Under the pieces are notes generated by a model that worked only from the letters and a program-made list of their open reading frames with translations, did no database searches and was not told where the DNA came from. A program made the translations under genes and the position numbers. Below are positions 35,715 to 49,689 of a stretch of DNA of 64,000 bases, piece by piece. Positions within the stretch are counted from its first letter, which is position 1. Each line of letters starts with the position of its first letter. The stretch is taken from contig LSRY02000029.1 of assembly GCA_001643675.2 (NCBI GenBank), forward strand, positions 930,001 through 994,000, written 5' to 3'. This DNA is from Monocercomonoides exilis PA203. Its lineage: Eukaryota; Protista; Preaxostyla.

Positions 35715-38700
35715 ACAAAGCATTGCTATAAATCCTTCGGATGGAACATGAAGTTTGTTTTCTTATATGTGATCAAAAAATTTGTGATAATAATTTTTTG
35801 TTCTAAAAGCAACTTTAATGCATTCTTCGATACAGCCCAGAGTTTCACATTCACTTTTTGTTTTAGCTCATCATCACATTTTTTCTTTTTTCAAATATCA
35901 CAATTTTTTATTTTCGCATGTTGTATTTCACATTATTTCTTCTGTTATCCGTCAGAATTCTGATTATCATTTTGAGGTGTTTCTTGTTTTTGTATTTTCA
36001 TGTTTGAAATTCTCTTTGCCTAATGTCAAAAAAAATATAGCTCTTGTTGTTTTAGCAAATAAAAAATATGCAGTAAAAAAACGTTCTTGTTAATTAAAAA
36101 CAAAAAAACGAATGTTAAATAACTAATAATAAGTTGAGTTCCTGATTAATTTATTGACTTAATCATCATTCTCAAAAAGCTGATCCTTTTTTAATTTCCT
36201 CTTCCTTAACTGTTACCGCTTCTGCAAAAACCGCCAATCGATCTCCCTCCTCAGGATCCATTTCAAAAATATGAACTTCTTCCTCCACTAATTCCTTAAC
36301 CTCCATAACAACTTCCACTTCCGAAGCCCCCTCTTCTGTCCACTCCTCCCTTTGGTTTTACAAAATCATTCACCATATATATGCCTTTTCCCAAGTTCGT
36401 GGCAAAGTCATTTTCTCTGACACACAGCTTTGACTGCTCTGTGACAGTCGTAAGAAATATGCAGCTGCAATTGTCAAACGTTCGGATAAATGCTACTGTG
36501 TTTTCAGAGGAAGTATTAAAAACAGCTGATAGAAGACCAGAACAAAAACTCATGCGCTGCTCCAAATCATCAATTTCCGATAAGATCAATTATTGAAGTT
36601 AAAACAAACATATTGTTAGATTAATCCTTGAAAGGCTTCTTTTGTCTGAGTGCTGACGCAGCAGCATCTGTCGAGGAGAAGCACTGTCTCACAGAAGGCA
36701 TGCGCTCTTTCAAATCAAAAAAATTAATCGTTAGACCAGTTGCATTTGTAATAAGAAATTATTTTTGAATTGGTTTCGATCTCTTGTTATTTGTGCAACG
36801 CAAAGAAATAGCACTGTCAGCATATATGGTCGCTCTTTTTTTGTCATTAACAATTTCATTTTTCTTCTCACTGCATTTTGTTTAATCCTTTTCATCTTTC
36901 CAATTCTTATTCTTTTTCTCTTTTATTATCATTCTTCTATTTTCTTCAGTTTTTCATCTTCACTCAACTTCTCACCTTCATTCAACACAGTTCACACATC
37001 CTTCATCACCTCCTCCTAGTTTATCACCAGCAACATCGCAACAGATTTCAAGAACGACATCAGAGAACCTGATCCAGACACAATCAGCTTTGCCCCATCT
37101 CTTCCCGTTGCCCTTATCATTTGCGTTACCGATGGCTCCGAAATGCACTCGAAAATAATAGTACTCCACCTTAACCATCACCAGGTGGTATTGATCTGTC
37201 TGGTTGAAAGCATAATGCATGCGCCTCCTTGTCCACACCGCCCTGTTCTTTTCGAGAGAAACTTACTGGTCTCAGTATCTGTTGATACCTGCTACACAAT
37301 AATCAGATCTTCTTTCTGAATATCAATTCGTCGCGCTGCCACATCATATGCAATCAGCACCACAATGTTGTCCATCGGAAATGTCTGCATCGTCTGTTCT
37401 CTCTATGTCTGTGCGATGCAACAATGCAATGACTGGCTTCAAAAAGAATTTAACTCTTTGAACACGTGAAGCTCGTTTGATAAAGATTTCTATCAAGAAA
37501 AGATGAAGAACTGACTGTAAATTTTCTCAAAACTGTCCGATCTTCTCATTTCATTCATCTCTATTTTGATGCAAATGAGGCATTGTGAAAAAGAGGGATC
37601 GCCAGTAAAAAAATACTAATGAACACAAGTCCTAGAGATTCACACAGATCAAATTGAGCTTCTAGTGAAGAATGTGTTTGCACAGACGGTTAACGGACAT
37701 CGGTAATGAGTTCGAGAATGGATGGATTTCCTTGGAAAAACACACAATGGAGAGGTTAATGGATATGGAAGTTGGGATTGAAGAATAAAGAGAGGAAGGG
37801 AAAAAGAACGTCTGAACGGAATTGGTGTTAGCGTTAATGAGTGCTCATAGAAAGGTGTTGATTGTCACTTTTTTTATTATTGTATGAATGTTCTGCCATG
37901 TTCGCTTATTCTGAATCTTTCCTAATTATTTCTTTATACAGTATCCGAATGAATCCAAATTTTGGAATTCCACAACATTGTTCACATCATTAGCGAATCC
38001 AACAAACTGTGTCCCACCAATTACTTCTACAACAATATTTTATTTATTTCCTTTTTTCGCTTTTTTCTTCTTCCGCAAAAGAACGCTTTTAACTCGAGCT
38101 GCTCTCACTTGGGACCTTCCACAAATAGACGTTTCTTTGTACAATCAGCTCGATTAGAAGGCAGGGCTTTGCAACAACCACATCAGTTCTGCTGGATATC
38201 ATTAACGACTGCTTCATGATCGACGTCCCAATCCACACCTCCACGTCCGACAGCGCAACTTGTTTGGGGTTTCTAGAACGCTCATGTGAAAGCGAATGGA
38301 TCAGAGGACGCTACGTATTGCGGCTCTTCCTGAAAAAACATCATTGATCCTGTGGAAGGCCAGGAGTTGAAAACGATTGAACTGGAATGGGCAAAAAAGA
38401 AATAAGAAAATAAAGCCTTAATACTTTTTTGTTGACATATAAGAATTGCGCTTTTTGAAAATACAAACTCAAAAATGAATTCAAATTTGGATCTGATTTG
38501 AACTTCGAATTCTCTGGTTGGTATAAGAAGATGTGCATAAGGAACTTTTCATCAAGATGTCCTTCGCAATATATTCTCTTCTTTTCAGTCTTTGTTGTTC
38601 AACAATTTCTGTTTGAGAACAACAATAATTCATTCAAAAAGAAGAAAGAAAATTTTAACAAATAAAAAAAAACACGAAAATGAATTTGTAACAACAACAA

Positions 38701-39051
38701 ACGAAGAGATGTCAGAGTATTCCGTTTATATTCATTTCACTAGCTTCGAGAAATAGGTAATTTTTTTCAATCTGGCAAACATCTGACTTTGTGTTGAGGG
38801 AAGTGAATCGCAATGAGATTAATTCGAATTTTGTTCATTTTAAATTCTATTTGCAAATGAAAACTTCATTATTGTACGAAAGGAGTGCTTTTCTTGCATT
38901 GTTTCTTTAAAAAGAAAAGAATTTCAATTGATCTCTGATAAATTATAAAACAAAAAGGTAAATATTTATCAAAAGTCACAAATCTTTATTATTCCTGAAT
39001 ATCTGGACAACTTTCCGAAATAAAGAGCGATTAACGTTTTAAAACTTATAT

Positions 39052-39250
39052 GTCAAATATTATTTTTGAAAAATCAGAGATCTTCCAACAATTGTTTTCA
39101 TTCAAATTTTTAATAATATATTATTCTTCGACCAAGGTTCATTACTGGGCAAACGATATAAATAACACGATTCTCACATTTTGATTTTTTTTTTGAAAAA
39201 ACCAGAATAAGATTTTTCATTATAAATGCGAAAGGGAAATGTTTTGAGAA
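39052..39250 (+). mobile_element. Internal orphan left end of the same TIR family
   Basis: ATAT|GTCAAATATTATTTTTGAAAAATCAGA, with downstream sequence resembling 32050-32235. Confidence 0.55.
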
Positions 39251-40223
39251 CTTTACACACTTTCTTCTATCCATGATGCAACAGCGGTTTGTTTTGACTA
39301 TTTTTCATGTATATTCGGAACACATATTTTTGGTTGCAATTTAATTCCTAATTAGATAAGGAGGTGAAACAATGTGAATTGCAATCTATTTTTTATAAAA
39401 TGTTGAATTAATCAAAATCATTCGTGTTATTTTCTTAAACAATCATCAGTTTCATGCATGCTGTGGAAAAATTTTTATTTTCTTGACTGATTATTGTTCA
39501 AAATATTTATTTACGAATTGTTTATAAATATTCATTATCGCTCGGTTTCTTCAAGATTTGTAACAAACATACAAAAGAAAATAGATCATGAAGATTATTT
39601 GATACAGAGCAAACGAGCCATTGAATACGTTGCTACATGAAAAAAAAGAAAAAAGAGATGGCAATTGGCTCTATGATGGAAAAGCAGTGAATCCAGATGC
39701 TAAGGAAGAAATGTGATTCATTTTTCAAAGTGTGTCTTTCACATCAGAGTTGATGAAGATAGATAGCTTTTATGTTTCACAACTTTCGACAAAATGATTT
39801 TTTTATTGCACAGAATAACCAAGCTGGTCGCACGTCGTGATTAGCTGAAAAGCCTCAACATACTTTTCCATCTACGGATTACGGCTTCTTCGCTGAATCT
39901 CTATCTGCACGTGCACCGGCTCTGCCCCACAAAAGAGAAGTTTCAAAAACAGCTTTTCTCAATCAGCGTTCTTCAGAAAAACATGATACGAAGGGTTATT
40001 TTCACATGCATCTTCAAACTGATCGTCAACATCTTGCTCGATTTTGAAGAATGTGTAGATACCAACCTATAAGCGTGAATCAAGTAATGGAAGAAAAGTG
40101 AGTTACGAAAGGGAGGTTTCTGGTTAAAGATAGAGCGTGCCCAGAAACTGAATAAGTCCATCATTGCAGCTTCGGTGGAGACATCATTGTCTGCCCTAAT
40201 CGGTAATTAAGAACGGTCATTCG

Positions 40224-40324
40224 CTTTCTTCTTCTCCTTCTCCTTCTTCTTCTCCTCCTCCTTCTCCTTCTCCTTCTCCTTCTCCTTCTCCTTCTCCTTC
40301 TCCTTCTCCTTCTCCTTCTTCTTC
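40224..40324 (+). repeat. (CTTCTC)n microsatellite
   Basis: Visible hexamer repeat. Confidence 0.85.
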
Positions 40325-40825
40325 AATATCATACAGTTTGATGATCATTTAATACATCTTTCTATTTTTATTGAAGCTTCAACTCCAAATGATATTTCAA
40401 TAACTTATTCCTCTTCGTTTATCTATCAAAAAAAAAATTATGATCATCCTATCAGAAAAATATTTTTCCTGCTATCATTCCACAACTCAGTCAAAGACAG
40501 ATTTTCTCAAAGAAGCATATGCTGTGTGTCAAATTGACAGATGAAAGGCACAGACACTAAAAATAAAGAAGAAAAAGAAGAAGACGAAGAAGAAGACGAT
40601 GATGAAGATGATGATGAATTCAAACATGTTAATGCATTTGAACTCAATTCAGCATTCCCATCAAAACGCGTGTTTTGTCTGCACATCACTCCACTTTCAA
40701 TCACAGCTCACGGAAACATCAGCGTCTCTGTCTTCGAAATCAGCTCCTAACACTCCTCTCTCCCGCCTTCCAGCAGAACAACTACATTATTCCTCTTTAG
40801 ACAGCATATGAGGTGTTGAACAGAA

Positions 40826-41450
40826 TCACTTCACAAACTGAATCGGTTGGTTAAAAAGCTTTCGACTGCTGCCTTTCGGTTCTTTAGGAGAAATGGATCT
40901 TGCAGAAGAAGAACAGAATAGAAAGTGGTTCCTGTTGAAGGCGGAAGAGGCTGTATATTCTTTCTCTCCTTCAATTCTCGGACTATCGTCTTTTCTAAGC
41001 CTTTCTCGCTCTTTTTCTCTTTCTTCTCTCCTCCTCTTCCTCTCTCTCTCCTTCTCGTCCTCCGCCTCTGCATCAATTTCCTTCTCTTTCCCGTCGCCTT
41101 CCTCCGCTTTCCTATTCATTTCTTCCTCCTCCCTCTTATTTCTCTGCTCCTCCAATCTGCTGCTCCTCCTCACATCCCTCAGCTCCTGCACCTTCTGCTG
41201 CCTCTTCCTCTCTCTGTCTGCCCTCTCCTCTTCCAAGCTGATGGCAATGGCTGCTGCTAAACAAAGATCAGCAGTCGGATCTATGCCCATCGCAATAAAA
41301 ATGGCATCTGACTCAGAAGCATCATCAGCTCCAAACTCAGAAATAAGCATCGCATTCAGAAGAGACTCAAATTCTTCGTTTTCTTTCTCAGCGAAGATCG
41401 CTTCTTCTTCTTCTTCTTCTTCTTGATTCACTTCCTCCTTTCATTCTTCT
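40826..41450 (-). pseudogene. Host-gene fragment with an Rpn10-like ubiquitin-interacting motif
   Basis: MGIDPTADLCLAAAIAISLEEER (~41222-41290) followed by a charged coil. No vWA domain is visible. Confidence 0.45.
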
Positions 41451-42737
41451 TCCACTTCACTTGATCCATCCACCATTCTCCTCCTTCATCAGCTGCTTCT
41501 TTTCCGTTTCAATGGGAAAGTGCAACAGCAGCTTAGCTGTAGTGAGTCGATGCAGAACGCAGTACTCACACCGAGCGGTTACATTCTGTTACAGCAGTAT
41601 TTACACAAAGGGAGCACACAGCAGAATACGACGTGCAATGAGAGTGGAAGAAGCAGATAGCAGAAGAAGAACAATGAGAATGAGAATGGAAATGGGGATT
41701 GGAATGAAAGGGAACATAAGCATAGACATAGACAGAATGATCAGGAGATGATAGGTCAGATGGAGGATGAGGGAGAAGATGAGAGAGAAGATGGGAAGCA
41801 TGAGAGTGAAAATAATAGCAATGAAAAAATGAAAATTGCAGAAAACATCAATGGAAATGTTGAGAAAGACAATCAAAATGCAGATGAATCTGAAGCGAAC
41901 AGTTTAGAAGAAAAAAATGAGCAGGATTTGACGAAAAGAGAGCTGCATTCGTTGGATTATGATTCAAGAGAGGCTTGAGACATTTTGTTGACCATCATCA
42001 AACAAGATGAGCAGAAAGATGAAATGACAAAAAAAAAAAAAAGAAATGGAGAAGAAGATGAAGAGATAGAGTCGAAAGCATTTGAATGGCAAGAAACGGA
42101 AGACCATCAGCTGAACATGTGGGTGCATCACTTTGATATCGATGACTTCAGCGGGAACAGCCTCAAATTCGACCAAAGGAGAGGGAGGAGAAGATGGTAG
42201 AGAATAAAATACGACAAATCAATGGAAGAAAGCAACAAAGAATTAGCAGCTGATCATTCACACAAGAAAATTTCATCGCAAAAACCAGCTCAGAAAAGCA
42301 AAAAGCCGCTTTATGCGATACATTTGAGCGTGCGCGTTAGAGGGAAGTAAACTAGCTCATCTTTTGTGTGGATGAGCAGCTGTCAATAAGAGCAGTGCTG
42401 AAGAAGCTGGAAGTGTGTGTGAATGAACAGCCCTCGAGACTCTTCTTCAGGACAGTCGATCAACAGAACGTGTCGAAGCGCCACTCATTCCCAGCAAACC
42501 TGGAGGAGCTCATTGGAATGCTCATTGTCCCATAATATGCAGTGGAACAACGCTTATGCTCTTCCTTCTCTTCCTCTTCTTCACATTCTCCCTCTTCTCC
42601 TTTTCATTTCTTCATTCGTTTCAATTTTTTCTTTCCCATCACTTTTTCCTCCTGAATCACCCCTTCATCAGCATCTTCCTCTTCTTCAATGGATATAACT
42701 TCTTTTGTTGCATTGTCGTTGAATTGTTTTTGGTCAG

Positions 42738-45368
42738 TTAAAACTTTGCGGCGAATTGGCTCGATGTCAGAATCTTCAGTCTCATCGTAATTTTCGTTAT
42801 CATCAATATTTTCTGTTGAAAGCCGATTTGGAAAAATAATTCTTCCTTCTTCATTCTCTTTATCAATAACTTTCAACTTCTCTAATCTCCTTTTATATAA
42901 AGAAATTGTTGAGGACCCTGTTGAAACATCTTCTTCGCAAATGAATTGACGGCTTGTTGATTGTTTTTTGTTCAAACGAAAAACGCTTTCAAATGAGATC
43001 TGTCTCCATCTACTAACGGGAGAATTGAAAAAAGGAGTCACTTCAATTTGTGTTTTGGTGGATCTCCAACACAAATATGTTTTTATGTCCTTCACACCAA
43101 GCTTCAAGCTTGTCTTTTGCTTGATTCGGGGAGAGTAATCTATTAAGAATCTCTCCAATCTTTCATCCTCCTTTCTTTCAATTTTTGGGGATGCTTTTTG
43201 AAAGAAAGTTATCAAATCTTTGAGGGTGGAGATGTCCTTGCGAGATCTTTGAGCGATTCTCGCAAGGACTCCAAATTCCCCATCAACCTCGCTTTTCCCG
43301 TGACCTTCTCCGAAAAAGGAAAGCGAGGTTGTTTCAAATGTTTCATGAATGGAGGAAGACGGATGAAACAAAAAAAGAGAAAGCAGCCGTTTCTGAAGTG
43401 TGGACAGCAGTCTGTCCACACTTTCAGATGAGAATGAATGTTAATTGATGATTGCAAATTTTGAAGAGCTATCTTCAAACAATCGGTTGCAAATCTGCAA
43501 TCTTTGGACAGAATTTCGGAAAGGAAGTGGAAGCAAGTCTTCGATTTTCCATTCTTCTTGAAATGATGAATAATTACGCAGAGGTGTGATATTTCTTTTT
43601 TAAAATAATAATCTCTGCTTTCTTGAGTTTGTTTCACAGGCAAAGTCCAATTTTGTTTAAAATCTAATAAAGCCAAAAACTCATTCTCTTGGAGATTCGC
43701 TACTTCTTCATTAAACTTCTTTCGCTGAAATTTTTGAATTGTGCAATGAATATTAAGTGTTTCTATTTCTTGTAATTCTGATTTTGTTAAGATTTTTGTT
43801 TTTTCTTTTTTTTTTCAAAAATTCTTTTCTAACGCAAAGATTACACATACCGGTTCTTCTTTTTGCCTTTTCAATGTTAACTGCCAATCTGTAAAACAAA
43901 GATTTACAAAGTTTGACATTAATTTCATATTTCATTCTTCTTAATAATTCATCTTTTGAACCAAAGAATATCCTCTTTTCTCCTTTAAACCATTCACTGC
44001 GATTATCATCAATATTCTTGAAGGAATTGTTTGTCCACATTTCTTTTTCATATAATTTTCTATTTTCTTGAACAACTTTTTCACTTAATTTAAAATCAAA
44101 TTAAATGAATGAGTCAGGAAATAAAAAAAGTATATTAATTAATGTTTTAGTATTTTAGAAAACAAACTTATCTGATAACTCGGAAATGCAATCGTTGGAA
44201 TTCGTTAAATATATATCATTAAATGACGAATCATCAATCGCAGAAGTTGAAAAGCATGATGACAAAACAGGTTCATTGATAATTATATCAATATGACTGT
44301 CATAAGAAAAAGAAGAAACAGAAGGAGGAGGCGTTGAGGAGATGCTTGTTGGAGTTAGCTGAAAATGAGAAAATGGTGATGATAAAGTTTGAGAATGAAC
44401 AGAGCAGAATTGTTGATGTTTGAAGGGATGAATAAGATCTAAACGAAGTTTGTGATTGTTTTCTTTTGGTGTATATTCTTGATATCTTGATTTTTGTTGA
44501 ATTCCTGAATGATTATTTGTAATTATATCAAAACTATCCTTATGAAAATAATGTTGATCTTGATGAACAAGACAATTTTGTTTTGTGTGCTCAGATAAAT
44601 TCTTTTTTTTTTTTTGATAAGTTTGAACTTTGAAACGGAGTGTGTATTTGTAAGAGTTTGAATATCTTCATAATTATATAAAACTGGTGATGTTTGTTGA
44701 TCAATTGTTGTTGAATGATGGTTTGAGTTTAAGAATTCAAAGTCATCATCTGATAAATCTTTAAATACTCTCGTTTCTTGAATGTTTTGTTCTTTGCGGC
44801 TTTCACTTGTATTCTTCCTTTACCACCATTCACATATATTTAAATTTAAAAAACTGAATGCTGATGCATCCAAATAGCTTTAAATGAGAAATGAAATAAA
44901 AAACGAACGTTTTATTCTTCTGTGAATCTTCGGTTTGCTTTCAAAAGTTATTTCAAAATTGTACCTTTTCAACATTCGTTCAGCGTGCAAAATGTTGTTT
45001 GTTGTACAATTCCGGCCAGCTTTTATTAGTTCTGTTGAAGAAAATGATTTCAAAAATGTTTGTAACAAGAGTATTTTATTCTTTTTGTCTAATATATCGT
45101 ACAATAAACCAGCGTAAACAAGAATGTTTTCCATTTTATCTATTCAATCAAAAGAAGAGAAAACAAAAAATGAAACTGAATAAAATACATTGATATAACC
45201 ATTCAATTTATTGTTAAGCAATTCAAGAATTTCTTTTCCATTTCTTAAATGATATAAAAAGTGAAGAATGAAAGATGTTTCCTCATTCTTTGAATGAAGT
45301 TGAAGAAATTCAAATAGTATCTTGCACAGTTGAGACTTTCTGCTTTCAGACAAATCTGAAAACGTCAT
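42738..45368 (-). pseudogene. Sola2-like DDD transposase, frameshifted and probably intron-containing
   Basis: Ordered motifs CNLC..H (Zn-finger-like), LLDFKQNW..Q..SRDYY (D ~43663), VWTDCCPHFRN (D ~43411) and FFGEGHGKSEVDGEFG (D ~43283) are spread across frameshifted ORFs. Confidence 0.75.
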
Positions 45369-46249
45369 TTTTTTTAAAAAATAATATTATTCTGGGATAA
45401 TTTTTTGATCTTTTATGGGATCACAATTAAAGTTTTCCGACTTTTCAAAAAGAAAGTGCCATATGGGTCATTCTTTTTGAAAAGTCGCAAACGTTTAACT
45501 GATCCGAAAAAGAGATCGAAAATGATCAAAAAATGTTGATCATTCCGTTCCCAATATTGTTTTATAAATATTATTCATTGTTATTATTTACACCTTATCA
45601 TTGAAAAAACATTTCATAAATCTGATGATGACATATAAAACGTTAATTATTTTATAGAATACGCTTTTGTTAGCTTCTCTTTGACATACTTAATTCGAAT
45701 GTAAAATAAGTTTTAATTTCTTCAATTTCATTTCATTAGTTCGAATATTCGTTCAGAATTTATGGACATTTACGAAGTTTTTATTATTTTCTTATGTTGA
45801 AAGATAAATAAAATTTTGTTCACTTGAATAATTGAATATTTTTATAAAAAGTTATCAAACATGAAAAATTCATCACAACTTCATTCGAAACAATCGAAAG
45901 ATATTCAAAAAGTTGTTAACATAGAGCAATAATTATTGTTATTATAAAAAAAATTGAAGTTAGATGTATTTACTTTCAAAATAAATCTCCATTAATGACA
46001 AACTCAAAATAAATAGTCTTTTCTCACCTTGAATTTCAAACAGTTTGTTGTATCCAATTTGATTTCAATCTTTCAAGTTCCCTTTGAAAATATTTATCAT
46101 TTCATATCTATAAATGACAGAAAATACTCTTTTCAATTTTTTTTAACATCGATCAAAATATTTGCAGCTTCGTTACAAATTTTGTATTCTTATAAGAATA
46201 GCATTTTTGAATTTTTGCTACCGATGGTTCTGCGTCAGATGTGGAGTGT

Positions 46250-47150
46250 ATCTCAAAATGTTTCTTGAGGTGGGTGAAGCTCATCAATCGCCTCTTTGTA
46301 CTGTTTTTTTATATGTTTCAACTGTGTCATCTGAAGCAACACACTGAATTGATTTTCCGTTCCAATGGTAATAACAAAGAGGATTAGAAAAACTGTAACA
46401 GAAAAGGATATACCGTCCTTGTTGCCTTTGTAATTTCTGTCTGCAATTGACTATTTGATGTGAAGGAAGAAACGGAGTCATGTTTATTAGAAACATCTAT
46501 TGACAAATTCGATTAGAAGTTAGTGGTTTTTTTTTACAAGAAGCAGTTTTGATGTATGCACTACACATGCAGCTATCGCTGTAATTGCTAACGTTGCGAA
46601 AACTGCAGGCGTTTTCGAGGGGTGTTGTGGACGGAAGGAGATGCTGAATCTGAGTGTTACGCGCAGCTTTCATTGAAGCTTTAGGTCCAGCTAGCGTTGC
46701 CTCTTCCTTTGCTTGAAGCGCCGGTATTCACGAAGTCGGGGAGCAAGCGAATCATTACAGAAGCGGATGTGAAAGTGTTCTCGTTTATCATCTGATCTGT
46801 TTGTCCCCTTGCAATTTTTTTTTTGAGATTGTGCGGCTGGAATCGCGATCACAGCAGTTGTGGCGAATGGTGGTGAAGCTTGACAACGAAGTGATATGGT
46901 GAAATGTTGTTCAATGAAGGATGGAAAAGAGAGTGGAAAAGGCGCTGGAGGTGGGGAGGTTGACGATGGTGGATGTGGTTCTGTTGCCTGATACAATTGT
47001 ATTGGCTATACGGGAGCTGAGAGAAGAGGAAGAAGGAGGAGGAGGAGATGGAAATCGTGAGAATGGTTGTTATTCAACAGTGTCCAGGGAATGTGAAGAA
47101 AGAGTAAAAGAGAACCAGGTGAAGCTGGAAGAAGCAATGTAATCGCTGGT
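46250..47150 (+). pseudogene. Third, highly decayed copy of the element-C arm gene
   Basis: VVKLDNEVIW (~46870) versus VVKLDEEVMG (~20780), at a similar distance from a homologous terminus. Confidence 0.5.
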
Positions 47151-49689
47151 TGAAAAGGAGCATAAATTGGGAAGCCAAGGCTTGTTCATGTGATTGATTG
47201 TTGTTTCAATTATCGGAATTATTTTTGCTTTTTCCGTTGCTACCTATGCTTCTAGGGACTTTCTCCTTTGCCTCTTTTCACATATCTTCTTCTCTTCCTT
47301 CTTCCTCCTTGTTTTCTCATCCACCAACTGTAGATGTTGTCTAATCTAACTCTGAATCTTCCTTTTTGGCATCTCCATCAGCCACTGCAGGAGAACGAAG
47401 CGCTTCTTATTCAGTGTTTGCAACAGAATAAAAATTATCGTAACTAGCAGTACTTCTTCCTTCACTGTTGCAACTGCATCCACCAGAACCACCGCAAGAA
47501 TCATCAGTTTCTCAAACTTATTTACAGTAACCACGTTCGCCTGTCTCACTTGCTGGAATCTGTCCGCTGTTGGACAGATGCCATTGAATATGCCCATTTG
47601 TTGGAACTCGTGGAAATGCGAGTGGCTCTACAGCGTTTATTCTTTCGTCGGCTGATGCAGATTCTGCGCCTCAAGAAGTGTAGAAGAAAGAAGAAAATCA
47701 AGCATTCAATATGAAAGGAGATTTTGGTATTCGTCTTGTTGTATTTAAATAAGCAGAGCAATTCTAACCTCGGCTCTTTCAGAGCAAACAGATTCTTTTG
47801 AACGAACATGTTCTTTGCATTATTTTGCTCTTCTTCTGAAACTTTGTTCATCACCTTCCGAACAATGGGAACTGATTGTAGAACAAAGTTTGCTTCGCAG
47901 GAGCGCGCCCAGCCTTATTCCACATTTAGTGCAAAGATCAGCATTTCTAATTGGGTGCAGTGTGTGGCATCGGAGGTGATGATGCTGAGAGTATGCAGAG
48001 CAGCTTCATCTTAATGGAAGAGAATGACAAGCATGAGGAAGACGAAGCAGAGGTGATCAGAAGTGCGATGAAGAGGAGAAAACCACACAGATCAGAAGGA
48101 TAATTGTCGTTTCATCGGAATTCATCGGCTTCTTCGAACCGATCAGCATCACATTTTCCAGCTGCTTGTCACCCGCATTCTTCTTCTTCATCTTCTTTCC
48201 TCCAAACCCGCCTCTTCCACCCTTCTGGCGCTCTCTCGAAGCTCTGCTCGTCAGTTCAATATATTCTATTTCCTCAGATGAAGCATAAGAAGAAACAGAA
48301 GAAGAAAAAATAGCTGCAGCTGTTAAGTTAGCCTTTTCCCCCTCTCTCAAACTACACTTTTCTTGACTCTATTTCGACTGTCAGCAATCGCATCGTTCCG
48401 CAAAGCTGTAGACAATAATTCTTCTGGATGGTCTTCCCTTTTAAAGAGAATCTCAGCCCCATCCTCATGTTAATGCATTTCCAACAGAAGCAGTAACACA
48501 ACTGCAGCATCTGCATGTTTGGTGAATACAACCTCAGAAGTTCATCGTTATTAACTATTCCATTCATCTCGCAGTCTGCCTCAAGCTGCAACTGCTCTGT
48601 TGCCATTTTGAACGTCATTACCCACCTCGTTAGCTCCTCCCGCTCTCCTTCAGCGTGCCATGAGCCCTGTGATGTTTTTTCTCTTCCTTTCACAAAACTG
48701 CCTTGAAAGATAGAGACGAAAGCTCGCTTCTCCTACCAGTCGCCTCGCTATCTTTCGACCCGCTTTAACTTCCACCCCTTTATTTCCCAAAATAACACAA
48801 ATTGCAGTTGAAGAGAAAAATGAGACAGCAGACTCTGTCTAAAAACACTCCCGGCATTGATGGAGTTCTTCATCAATCGCTAGAGGTTGATGGAGTGTTC
48901 GATGTGAAGAAGGGTTTTGAAGCGGTTGCACTGTTGAACACACTTGGAATGGCTGTTTCACTGGTGCATCATTAATTTTTCTGATAATTTATGTCTTGGA
49001 AGAAGTGCAAACCACACTTGATGGTTGAAATTTCCTTCAGGTTGAGGACTGTGATGAAAAGGAAATGAGAGCCTTGGTTTTGATTGGAAATAAACTTGGA
49101 AGAAGAAGAAAGAGAAGAAGAAGAAGAAGAAGAAGAAGGGAAATCCCAGGATGCAGAATCGCTGTTGCTTGTTACTGTATGTTCAAAGTGTGTGACGCTG
49201 TTCAATTGGAGTGAATCATAGAGAACGTGGGATTATCCTGTGTTCATGTCTGAAATGCATTAACTGGTGGAGAGTTGGACGGAGCAAGAGATCTTTGGGC
49301 ATATTCAGTTGAGGAAGGGATGATACAGCAGAGAGAGATGATGGACATCACGTATAATAAGAGGAGGCTGTTTGAGGAGAAGTAAAAGGTGGTGCGGGAG
49401 TGATGTTACAGGAATTTGAAGAAGAAGAAAAAGAAGAAATATTGTAATATTCAGAGTTTTTCAAGGAAGAAGGAAATATAGAAAAGACGGATGGAAAGTT
49501 GTGAAAAATCGGAAGAGGAAGAGGAAGAGGAAGAGGAAGACGAAGAGGAAGAAGAGAGAATGGAAAGAATGGAAGGAAGAAAAAATGTGAATGGGAATAA
49601 ATATTCAGAATCTGATAAAGGGCTATCACATTTTTGTGCAGGATAGAATGCAGAAAATGATGACAAGTTTGTTGTGATATGCGCTGTTG

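Larger units (their letters stand above)
32050..45460. mobile_element. Large TIR element 'A' (13.4 kb, ATAT TSD) with a decayed Sola2-like transposase and host-gene fragments
   Basis: A perfect 19-bp TIR GGCACTTTCTTTTTGAAAA sits at both ends, with ATAT at 32046-32049 and 45461-45464. The transposase ATG is ~90 bp inside the right end. Confidence 0.75.

Noticed and set aside
36150-37750. Coding-like decayed segments inside element A
   Set aside because: No recognisable motif, so they cannot be assigned without a search.
38100-38600. Possible papain-like protease remnant on the minus strand (VDW..NDIQQN*CGCCKA)
   Set aside because: Only a loose motif, with stops and no catalytic His/Asn region, so it is too weak to call.
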